Shown piece after piece: positions 19,191-27,153 of a stretch of 64,000 nucleotides of DNA. Positions within the stretch are counted from its first letter, which is position 1; every line of letters starts with the position of its first letter. Under the pieces are notes generated by a model. The model did not search any database, had not been told where the DNA came from, and saw only the letters and a list, made by a program, of their open reading frames with translations. This DNA comes from Gammaproteobacteria bacterium (GTDB taxonomy: Bacteria > Pseudomonadota > Gammaproteobacteria > Eutrophobiales > Eutrophobiaceae), in the NCBI GenBank assembly GCA_965221455.1, contig OZ244890.1:2238507-2302506 (forward strand), in the 5' to 3' direction. The translations under genes and the position numbers were made by a program.

Positions 19191-19472
19191 CTATTTCCTC
19201 ATTGCTTTTTCAAACATGCGATCAAGTTTCGCAGTGTTATCGTTACAGCATTCCAGTGCCGTGGTTGAATTTGACTTGGCCTCTGCAGCAGCTGAGTTCG
19301 CCTCATTTGCAACTGACAGTGCGTTATTAGCGGTAGCGGAAGCTGAACGTGCTTCAGCAAGTGCCGCATCAGCTGTTGCCTGAAGCGCATCTATTCGAGA
19401 CATGTCAGCACAGCCGCCGACGATGGCCATGGCAAATGCCAGCGTGAAAATTTTAGTGATTTTTACCAACAT
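19191..19472 (-). CDS. OprI/Lpp-like alanine-zipper outer membrane lipoprotein
   Basis: Start taken at MLVKITKIFTLAFAMAIVGGC (lipobox VGGC). Ala-rich coiled coil and C-terminal RMFEKAMRK resemble Pseudomonas OprI (RMLEKASRK). Confidence 0.75.
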   Translation of the reverse strand: MLVKITKIFTLAFAMAIVGGCADMSRIDALQATADAALAEARSASATANNALSVANEANSAAAEAKSNSTTALECCNDNTAKLDRMFEKAMRK

Positions 19473-19623
19473 AGTTTCGTTCTCCCGTTGAGTCATTGTA
19501 CCAGTATGAGGCAGTTCAAATTTCTCATGCGCGGATGATGACTTATTTCACATGTGATATCAATTATTTTATCCCGCAAACGGATGTGGTTTTGAGATAC
19601 GACGACAGTTAACATCAGGGAAA

Positions 19624-19998
19624 TTAACGACGGTTTTTTGCAGGAGACTTTTTCATTCTCTTTTCATGGTTCTCCCTGATAAAACTAGCCAGCGATTGTT
19701 CAAAAGGTAGAATTGGTTTTAAATCGCAGTAATCATCCAGCCAGGCCAGAATATCGTCAAGATTCATTTCTCCGGCAATCCTGTAAGTATCGGGTAGTTG
19801 TACGTTGAAAGCGGTTAAATAACCCATGATATAGTCTTTATATCCTTGTTCTTCTTCAGTGTCTCTGGAGATATTATAGCTATGACAAGATTTATTACCT
19901 TTACCCCATATCGCGAAGTGACCGTTACTGTCAACTGCCTGCGATTGCAACGGGAACATGGCGGATAAAAACAAAATACTATATAGATGCCTGGTCAT
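19624..19998 (-). CDS. Secreted hypothetical protein
   Basis: 124 aa with signal peptide (LQSQA/VD) and two Cys. No family recognised with confidence. Confidence 0.5.
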   Translation of the reverse strand: MTRHLYSILFLSAMFPLQSQAVDSNGHFAIWGKGNKSCHSYNISRDTEEEQGYKDYIMGYLTAFNVQLPDTYRIAGEMNLDDILAWLDDYCDLKPILPFEQSLASFIRENHEKRMKKSPAKNRR

Positions 19999-20235
19999 TC
20001 AGATAACCTCTTTATTCATTGATTCCTGTGTAACGCTGGTAATGTATTGCGTGGACTGATACACAAAGAACCGGATTTTTGTATTTATTGAGTTGTATAG
20101 TTGAGACTTAAAATCGTTCTTTTAATTCCCTTGTTATCCTGACAACTTTTCAGCACATACGCCGCAGAATATGGCAAATACCAAAGTCACCAATCCACCC
20201 CGCGAGCGCATACAGGTGTAAAGGTGGCTCGCCAC

Positions 20236-20808
20236 TCAATTATTCTGGAACGGCATGGGTCTGTTACTAAATTGAGATTGAAGAAATTCCATTTGATCCG
20301 CCAAAATTTTGCGATTTGACAGTGCAAGATATTCCGCCCAGTTAGGAATAAATGGCACGGCTAAAAGTGGCATGTTCGCTTCTTCAGGTCGTCGGTTACC
20401 TTTTCTTGAATTACAGTTTTTGCATGCGGTGACGACATTTGACCATCTGTCTTTGCCGCCTTTCGAAAGCGGGTGTACATGATCTCGCGTTAAATCAGCT
20501 TCGCGGAAGTTTCCACCGCAATACATGCATAGATGCGCATCTCTCAGGAATAATTCACGATTTGTCAGAGGGGGCGAGTCGCGCCGAAATTCTTTTTTAA
20601 TGACTGAGCGTTTAACAGCAATGATTGAGTTCACTTCGATGAGTGAAAGTTTACCTGTGATTCTGTTGGTACCGCCTCGAAAGGGAAACATGCTGTCGCC
20701 GGCAGTCCAGGCAATCATATCTCGTGCATAGAGACATATGGCCTCCTGCCAGGGTATCCATTTTACAGGTTGGCCCGCAGTATTGAGCCTCAGTATAAGT
20801 GGCGACAT
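20236..20808 (-). CDS. HNH endonuclease family protein
   Basis: 190 aa. CMYCGG...LTRDHVHPLSKGGKDRWSNVVTACKNCNSRKGNR is a canonical HNH/CxxC zinc motif. Confidence 0.8.
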   Translation of the reverse strand: MSPLILRLNTAGQPVKWIPWQEAICLYARDMIAWTAGDSMFPFRGGTNRITGKLSLIEVNSIIAVKRSVIKKEFRRDSPPLTNRELFLRDAHLCMYCGGNFREADLTRDHVHPLSKGGKDRWSNVVTACKNCNSRKGNRRPEEANMPLLAVPFIPNWAEYLALSNRKILADQMEFLQSQFSNRPMPFQNN

Positions 20809-20930
20809 AGGTTGTTTTTCATGATAGTAATTGTATTAATCCACCGACATGACAAAAATTTTTCGCATGTTGTATGCTAAAAAGAGTATAAAATCAAGTC
20901 ATTATATGAGTTGTTTAACAGGCGATATGA

Positions 20931-21731
20931 ATGGAACAGATAAATAAATTACTGGATATCATGAAATCTTTACGTGATCCGGAAAATGGTTGTCCATGGG
21001 ATCTTGAACAGGATTTTTCAACAATTGCTCCTTACACGCTTGAAGAGGCCTATGAAGTCGTTGATGCCATTAGCCGGAATGATATGAATGATCTATGTTC
21101 GGAACTGGGCGATCTGCTGTTCCAGGTGGTCTATCACGCAGCACTGGCAGATGAACAAGATGCTTTCAATTTTACGGATGTAACCTCGAAAATTAATGAA
21201 AAACTCATTCGTCGACACCCACATGTCTTTGGAGAAAGTAAGATTCCCAATGCAAAGGCGCAATCAATCGCCTGGGAAAAAATTAAAAAAAAGGAAAGAG
21301 CAGAGGCAAAAGCGGGTATTGGCCATGACAATGGTTTATTAGGTGGAATCAATAAGGCGATGCCGGCCCTGGCAAGGGCACAAAAACTGCAAAATCGAGC
21401 GGCGACAGCAGGTTTTGATTGGCTTGATATTCAGGCAGTGCTGGATAAAATCGAGGAAGAATTGCATGAAGTTAAAGTAGAGATAAATTCAGAGCCTCAA
21501 GATATAAAAAAAATCGAGGGTGAGATCGGTGATCTGATTTTCTCATGTGTCAATTTGGCCAGACATTTTCAAATGGATTCAGAGTCTGCATTAAGGAAAA
21601 CAAGCGCAAAATTTGAAACCAGATTCGCTTTTATTGAAAGCTCACTGGAGGAACAGGGGCGTGATTTAACCCAAGCAACGCTGGAAACCATGGACGAACT
21701 TTGGAACGAAGCCAAGAAACATGAAATATAG
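20931..21731 (+). CDS. mazG: Nucleoside triphosphate pyrophosphohydrolase MazG
   Basis: 266 aa. LLDIMKSLRDPENGCPWDLEQDFSTIAPYTLEEAYEVVDAI and a second MazG repeat with EIGDLIFSCVNLARH. Confidence 0.88.
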   Translation: MEQINKLLDIMKSLRDPENGCPWDLEQDFSTIAPYTLEEAYEVVDAISRNDMNDLCSELGDLLFQVVYHAALADEQDAFNFTDVTSKINEKLIRRHPHVFGESKIPNAKAQSIAWEKIKKKERAEAKAGIGHDNGLLGGINKAMPALARAQKLQNRAATAGFDWLDIQAVLDKIEEELHEVKVEINSEPQDIKKIEGEIGDLIFSCVNLARHFQMDSESALRKTSAKFETRFAFIESSLEEQGRDLTQATLETMDELWNEAKKHEI

Positions 21732-21749
21732 TGATATAACTATTCAGGA

Positions 21750-22559
21750 TCATCCCGTTTCTTTACTATGCTCGATTTTGGCATAGGCCGAATGGTTGTG
21801 AATTGATTCAAAATTTTCGGACTCGACAACGTAGGATGTGATTCTATTATCGCGATTAAATTGAACAGCAACATCCCTGACAATGTCTTCAACAAATTTC
21901 GGGTTATCGTAGGCTCTTTCAGTGACATATTTTTCATCGGGTCTTTTTAGAAGACCGTAAAGTTCACAGGAAGCCACTTTTTCAACCATATCAATCAGTT
22001 CTTCTATCCACAGAAATTCTTTGGTCCGTACGCAGATAGTGATATGAGATCGCTGATTATGCGCACCATAGTCAGAAATACTTTTTGAGCAAGGACAAAG
22101 CGTCGTCACCGGCACCACGACTTTGACCAGGACAGAAGACTGTTCATTATTGCATTCACCAATAAAAGATACTTGATAGTCCATCAGGCTCTTGACACCT
22201 GAAATCGGGGCTGCCTTGTTAATAAAATAGGGGAAACTCATTTCAATATGCCCCTCTTTTGCATTCAGACGTTCAGTCATCGTTGCAAGCATCCTTTTAA
22301 AGGATTTAACCGTGATTTCGTATTCATGCTGATTTAGAATTTCAACGAAACGTGACATATGTGTGCCTTTAAAGTCATGCGGCAGACTGACATACATATT
22401 AAAGTTCGCGATGGTGTGTTGTTCACCTCCGGATCGATCACCGACCACGACCGGATGGCGGATATCCTTGATGCCGACTTGATTGATTGCGATATGACGT
22501 GTGTCCCGGATATTTTGGGTGTCCGGGATGGGAGTGGGTTTTTTTGCTGTCTGTAACAT
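21750..22559 (-). CDS. folE2: GTP cyclohydrolase FolE2 (type IB)
   Basis: 269 aa. N-terminal IPDTQ, HMSRF, and TLCPCSK motifs typical of FolE2/MptA. Confidence 0.85.
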   Translation of the reverse strand: MLQTAKKPTPIPDTQNIRDTRHIAINQVGIKDIRHPVVVGDRSGGEQHTIANFNMYVSLPHDFKGTHMSRFVEILNQHEYEITVKSFKRMLATMTERLNAKEGHIEMSFPYFINKAAPISGVKSLMDYQVSFIGECNNEQSSVLVKVVVPVTTLCPCSKSISDYGAHNQRSHITICVRTKEFLWIEELIDMVEKVASCELYGLLKRPDEKYVTERAYDNPKFVEDIVRDVAVQFNRDNRITSYVVESENFESIHNHSAYAKIEHSKETG

Positions 22560-22709
22560 TTTGTGCTCACTGGAAAATTAAAAATCTTAACCGCCGCCTT
22601 GCTGGTGGCAACCGGCAAATTCGCTCATTGGTAACAGTTTACTCTACTCGTTAACTGATTCAATCACCAACTATTTGGCATTTTTTCGGGGCGAACAATA
22701 TGCATACCC

Positions 22710-23603
22710 CTATTTGTCTCTTTGGACGATATAATCGGCTATCCATCTTAACGGATCAGCCTTTTCGTCGAATGCGGATAAACTTGAAATGGCTTTTTCA
22801 TGTAATTGTTTGGCCACATCTCTTGCGCCGTCAAGACCGAGTAAATTAGGGTATGTTGGTTTATTTTTTTCCAGATCAGAACCTTGGGGTTTACCTAAAG
22901 TCTGGGTGTCGCTTTCTATATCGAGGATGTCATCCTGAACCTGAAAGGCGAGACCGATACATCCAGCGTAATATGACACTCTGTCAAATAATTCCTCATC
23001 CAGTTCCGGTTGTGATAGCGCGCCCAGTTCTGCACTGGCCCTGATAAGAGTGCCGGTCTTATGAGTATGTATATTTTCCAATTCGGTGATAATCAGTTCT
23101 TTTCCTACCGAGGCCAGATCGATGGCTTGCCCCCCCGCCATTCCTGTGGAGCCACTGGCGTGTGCCAGGATGTCTATCATCTTGATACGCTGTTCTGCGG
23201 GAATAGTCATATCTTTATCGTGTGCCAGGACACGGAAGGCAAGTGCTTGCAGAGAATCTCCGGCCAATATGGCAGTCGCCTCATCAAATGCTTTATGACA
23301 GGTTGGACGGCCTCGGCGTAAATCATCATTATCCATTGCAGGTAAATCATCATGAATTAGAGAATACGCATGGATCATCTCTACGGCACAGGCAGGTGCA
23401 TGCAGGGCTTTGCGGTCAATACCGAACATATGACCCGCAGCGTAAACCAGCACGGGCCTTATTCTTTTACCGTCACTGAGTACTGCGTAGCGCATGGCCG
23501 CATGAAGATTTTCCGGTTGTGTTTCTGCCGAAGGGAGCCACGATTCAAGTGCATCTCCCACACAGGATTGATATTCCTGCAGAAGATTTTTTAACTTCCC
23601 CAT
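22710..23603 (-). CDS. ispA: Farnesyl diphosphate synthase
   Basis: 297 aa. First DDxxD box LIHDDLPAMDNDDLRRGRPTCH and second box FQVQDDILD. Confidence 0.9.
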   Translation of the reverse strand: MGKLKNLLQEYQSCVGDALESWLPSAETQPENLHAAMRYAVLSDGKRIRPVLVYAAGHMFGIDRKALHAPACAVEMIHAYSLIHDDLPAMDNDDLRRGRPTCHKAFDEATAILAGDSLQALAFRVLAHDKDMTIPAEQRIKMIDILAHASGSTGMAGGQAIDLASVGKELIITELENIHTHKTGTLIRASAELGALSQPELDEELFDRVSYYAGCIGLAFQVQDDILDIESDTQTLGKPQGSDLEKNKPTYPNLLGLDGARDVAKQLHEKAISSLSAFDEKADPLRWIADYIVQRDK

Positions 23604-23854
23604 TAGTTATTGTCCGGGTTTTCGTCCGATGAAAAAGGCTGCAATTTTTGCGAACCATCTTCAGTTAAAAGAATTTGTATTTTTTGTTCTGCCTCGGACA
23701 AGGCTTTCTGGCAAGCACGCGTCAGACCAATCCCACGTTCAAAATGAAGCAGTGATTCTTCGAGACTAAGTTCTCCTTCTTCCATTTTTCCCACCAGTTC
23801 TTCAAGCTCTTGTAGATCTTTCTCAAAATTCGATGATTTTTTCTTCTTCGGCAA
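23603..23854 (-). CDS. xseB: Exodeoxyribonuclease VII small subunit
   Basis: 83 aa. FEKDLQELEELVGKMEEGELSLEESLLHFERGIGLTRACQKAL. Stop overlaps the ispA start. Confidence 0.88.
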   Translation of the reverse strand: MPKKKKSSNFEKDLQELEELVGKMEEGELSLEESLLHFERGIGLTRACQKALSEAEQKIQILLTEDGSQKLQPFSSDENPDNN

Positions 23855-24191
23855 AGGTATTTCCCCCTGTTTATCGGTATTGTAACCATAGGTTTGAATT
23901 ACACGCGAGAGACCTGGTCCGTCTCACTTCTCTCAGTCAATCAAGATACGATGCACAGTCCATATTATCCGCGTTGTCACTTTATTGAAATAGTATTTAA
24001 CTATCCATGTAAATACGACCAGCGCTTATTGGCATTTAAAAATATTTATCATGATCCACGTTAAATTAATGATCGGCGATATGATTTCGTATAGAAATAA
24101 ATCGATAAAAAATATTTAGAATTAGCCTGCAAAACTGTCTATAATCGTCTCAATTACATTAAAGCAAAAATTCATAACGGAGGGGTTGATT

Positions 24192-24611
24192 ATGTCGTTG
24201 AAAGGTTCAAAAACTGAAGAAAATCTAAAAGCCGCATTTGCCGGTGAGTCGCAGGCAAACCGTCGCTATCTCTATTTCGCACAAAAAGCGGATGTTGAAG
24301 GTCACAACGATGTCTCGGCTGTATTTCGTTCAACAGCGGAAGGTGAGACAGGGCATGCGCACGGACACCTTGAATATCTGGAAGAAGTTGGGGATCCCGC
24401 GACAGGTGAACCCATTGGCTCAACCTCAGATAATCTGAAAGCAGCGATTGCCGGAGAAACGCACGAATACACGGATATGTATCCAGGCATGGCCAAGTCT
24501 GCTCGCGAAGAGGGTTTTAACGAAATTGCTGATTGGTTCGAAACGTTGGCAAAAGCGGAACGCTCACACGCTAATCGTTTCCAAAAGGCTTTAGATACGC
24601 TTGATTCTTGA
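24192..24611 (+). CDS. Rubrerythrin-family (ferritin-like diiron) protein lacking a rubredoxin domain
   Basis: ATG 24192 is 7 nt after [34 protein letters not shown] and [13 protein letters not shown] diiron ligand motifs. Confidence 0.85.
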   Translation: MSLKGSKTEENLKAAFAGESQANRRYLYFAQKADVEGHNDVSAVFRSTAEGETGHAHGHLEYLEEVGDPATGEPIGSTSDNLKAAIAGETHEYTDMYPGMAKSAREEGFNEIADWFETLAKAERSHANRFQKALDTLDS

Positions 24612-24648
24612 TTAAGTGTGACTTTGTCGTTAATTGTAGTGAATAAGA

Positions 24649-24670
24649 CCGGGCATCATGCCCGGTTTTT
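24649..24670 (+). terminator. Rho-independent terminator after the rubrerythrin gene
   Basis: CCGGGCA-tca-TGCCCGG followed by TTTTT. Confidence 0.7.
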
Positions 24671-24697
24671 GCTTCGCAAAATCCAGTTAATCCAATC

Positions 24698-26047
24698 ATG
24701 TCAGATAGTACAATAGATAACGGAGAAGGGGGGTTAGAGGCTCCTACGCGTCATCCTATTGATTGGAAAAATCCTGAATACTTCAATGAAGATATTTTAA
24801 ACACAGAACTGGAACGTGTTTTCGATATCTGTCATGGCTGTCGCCGTTGCTTCAGTTTGTGTAATGCCTTTCCGACGTTATTCGATCTGATTAATGACTC
24901 CGGGACCATGGAAGTTGATGGTGTCAAAAAATCGGATTATTCAAAAGTCGTCGATCAGTGTTATCTGTGCGATCTATGTTATCTGACCAAATGTCCTTAT
25001 GTTCCTCCCCACGAGTGGAATGTCGATTTTCCACATTTGATGCTACAGGCGAAGGCGATCAAGTATAAACAAGGTAATAGCAAGTTAAGAGATAAAGTAC
25101 TGACTTCCACTGATGCTGTCGGAAGTTTTGCCGGTATTCCCGTCGTGGCGCAAACAGTGAATGCCGTGAATAAAAATTCTGTGATGCGGAAAGTGATGGA
25201 TAAGACCATCGGCATACATCCCCAGGCTGTCTTGCCTGATTTTCACAGTAATAATTTACGTAAACGCTTCAAGAATCGTGACAAAAAAGAAATCAGTGTT
25301 GAGCCTGCAGACTCGACACGTGGGAAAGTCGCTGTATTTGTCACCTGTTACGGTAATAAGAATGATCCGCAACTGGTTGAGGATTTAATTTCCATCCTTG
25401 AACATAATGGTATTCCCGTACGGCTGACAGACAAGGAAAAATGTTGTGGCATGCCTAAAATGGAATTGGGTGATTTGGAATCAGTGGAAAAAAACAAGCG
25501 GATCAATATCCCTGAGCTTGTCAAGCTAATCGACGAAGGTTGGGATATCATTGCGCCTGTTCCGTCCTGCGTTCTGATGTTCAGGCAGGAATTACCATTA
25601 ATGTTTCCTGATGACGCTGACGTGCAAAAGGTGCAGGAAAATATATTTGATCCATTTGAATACTTAATGTTACGTCATAGGGCGGGGAAAATTGACACTC
25701 ATTTCAAAAATGAACTTGGAAAAATTGCCTATCATGTTTCCTGCCACCAACGCGTTCAAAAAATAGGCATGAAGACTAAAGAAGTGATGCAGTTGGTTCC
25801 TGGAACAACAATAGAAGTGCTTGAACGTTGTTCGGGTCACGATGGAACCTATGCAGTCAAGAGTGAATCCCATGAGTTTTCAATGAAAATATGTCGTCCG
25901 CTAACAGACAAGATAAAAAAATCCGGTATTGACCATTATGTGAGTGATTGTCCGATGGCAGGGCAGCAAATTGCCAATGGCCTGAATGGAGTCATGCAAC
26001 CGACAAGTCCATTTGCTTTATTAAAGCAAGCGTATGGAATAGATTAA
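24698..26047 (+). CDS. (Fe-S)-binding oxidoreductase, heterodisulfide reductase/GlpC-like with CCG domains
   Basis: 449 aa. CHGCRRCFSLCNAFP and CYLCDLCYLTKCPYVPP ferredoxin-type clusters, plus Cys-rich C-terminal repeats (CCGMP, CSGHDG). Confidence 0.8.
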   Translation: MSDSTIDNGEGGLEAPTRHPIDWKNPEYFNEDILNTELERVFDICHGCRRCFSLCNAFPTLFDLINDSGTMEVDGVKKSDYSKVVDQCYLCDLCYLTKCPYVPPHEWNVDFPHLMLQAKAIKYKQGNSKLRDKVLTSTDAVGSFAGIPVVAQTVNAVNKNSVMRKVMDKTIGIHPQAVLPDFHSNNLRKRFKNRDKKEISVEPADSTRGKVAVFVTCYGNKNDPQLVEDLISILEHNGIPVRLTDKEKCCGMPKMELGDLESVEKNKRINIPELVKLIDEGWDIIAPVPSCVLMFRQELPLMFPDDADVQKVQENIFDPFEYLMLRHRAGKIDTHFKNELGKIAYHVSCHQRVQKIGMKTKEVMQLVPGTTIEVLERCSGHDGTYAVKSESHEFSMKICRPLTDKIKKSGIDHYVSDCPMAGQQIANGLNGVMQPTSPFALLKQAYGID

Positions 26048-26052
26048 TAATA

Positions 26053-26637
26053 ATGAAAAAACTTGAACGTAAGGATCTTTGGTCACTTGAGGAATATGCG
26101 GAAAAGCGTAACGACTTCAAAAGTAAAGTGATTGCATATAAAAAGAATCGTCAATTAGTCGTCGGTCCCAATGCAACATTCTATCTTGAAGACAGGCTTA
26201 CGATTCAATATCAAATTCAGGAAATGCTCCGTATTGAACGTATTTTTGAAGCTGCAGCAATTGATGAAGAATTAACCGCTTATAATCCCCTGATTCCCGA
26301 CGGCAGTAACTGGAAAGCCACGCTAATGATAGAGTTTGCTGACGAGGCGGAAAGAAGAATTGCCCTGGCAAAAATGAAAAATCTTGAAGATACTGTCTGG
26401 ATGAAGGTTGATGGACATGAGAAAATAGTGCCTTTTGCAAACGAGGATATGCAAAGAAGTAACGATGAGAAGACTTCAGCAGTGCATTTTCTTCGGTTCG
26501 AGCTGGACAAGGAGATGATTGTATCCTTGAAAAGCGGAGTCAATTTATCAGCGGGGATAACGCATCCGGCATATCACCACATCGTTAATGTCGTTAATAC
26601 TGAAGTGAAGGAATCGTTACTGGCGGACCTGGATTAA
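26053..26637 (+). CDS. DUF3501 family protein
   Basis: Start at ATG 26053 (MKKLERKDLWSLEEY), 5 nt after the Fe-S gene stop. Rubrerythrin / Fe-S protein / DUF3501 is a recurrent triad as I recall it. The family call is from memory. Confidence 0.6.
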   Translation: MKKLERKDLWSLEEYAEKRNDFKSKVIAYKKNRQLVVGPNATFYLEDRLTIQYQIQEMLRIERIFEAAAIDEELTAYNPLIPDGSNWKATLMIEFADEAERRIALAKMKNLEDTVWMKVDGHEKIVPFANEDMQRSNDEKTSAVHFLRFELDKEMIVSLKSGVNLSAGITHPAYHHIVNVVNTEVKESLLADLD

Positions 26638-26654
26638 ATAGCGATGCTCTACTA

Positions 26655-26850
26655 ATTCCCCTCCCCCTTACCAGGGGGAGAGCTTTTGATACGGGACACT
26701 CTTTTACTGTCACTACACAATGCAGGTTGTAGTGGTCCAGTATGGCATGTGATAGTAATAGGTAGACTATAATTTGGACATGAGGAAGCATCAAATGCTG
26801 ACAAAAACACGTAAACACACCACCCCACTGGTGCTTGTGCAACAAGCACC
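26655..26850 (+). mobile_element. IS3-family left-end remnant with truncated orfA N-terminus
   Basis: G/C palindrome CCCTCCCCCTTACCAGGGGGAG, TTTTACTGTCACT (26702) and TGTAGTGGTC (26728-26737) recur at 30952/30988 in front of a recognisable IS3 orfA. The short reading frame here, MLTKTRKHTTP, parallels MTKERKHFTP of that orfA. Confidence 0.55.
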
Positions 26851-26851
26851 A

Positions 26852-27095
26852 GCACCGCAGCACCGCAGCACCGCAGCACCGCAGCACCGCAGCACCGCAG
26901 CACCGCAGCACCGCAGCACCGCAGCACCGCAGCACCGCAGCACCGCAGCACCGCAGCACCGCAGCACCGCAGCACCGCAGCACCGCAGCACCGCAGCACC
27001 GCAGCACCGCAGCACCGCAGCACCGCAGCACCGCAGCACCGCAGCACCGCAGCACCGCAGCACCGCAGCACCGCAGCACCGCAGCACCGCAGCAC
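26852..27095. repeat. Perfect octanucleotide microsatellite (GCACCGCA) x30 plus a partial unit
   Basis: 30 uninterrupted 8-bp units at 26852-27091 plus GCAC. All six frames are open across it, which explains the pile of repetitive ORFs in the track. It ends 58 nt before the ATG of the large secreted protein. Confidence 0.97.
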
Positions 27096-27153
27096 TAGCG
27101 CACTAACGCAGACCGCGCCACTACCAGGAACCTGGTCAGGGGCATGGCGCGGG

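Noticed and set aside
19103-19383. ORFs 19103..19330 and 19141..19383 on the plus strand
   Set aside because: They are antisense to the OprI-like lipoprotein gene, which has a lipobox and a conserved C-terminus. The Ala-rich repeat keeps the opposite strand open.
20236-20808. Stand-alone HNH endonuclease 1.2 kb from the array as a possible CRISPR accessory nuclease
   Set aside because: It is separated from the array by two unrelated genes and a terminator, and it is oppositely embedded among housekeeping genes. This ~190-aa HNH family is, as I recall, widespread in gammaproteobacterial core genomes without CRISPR.
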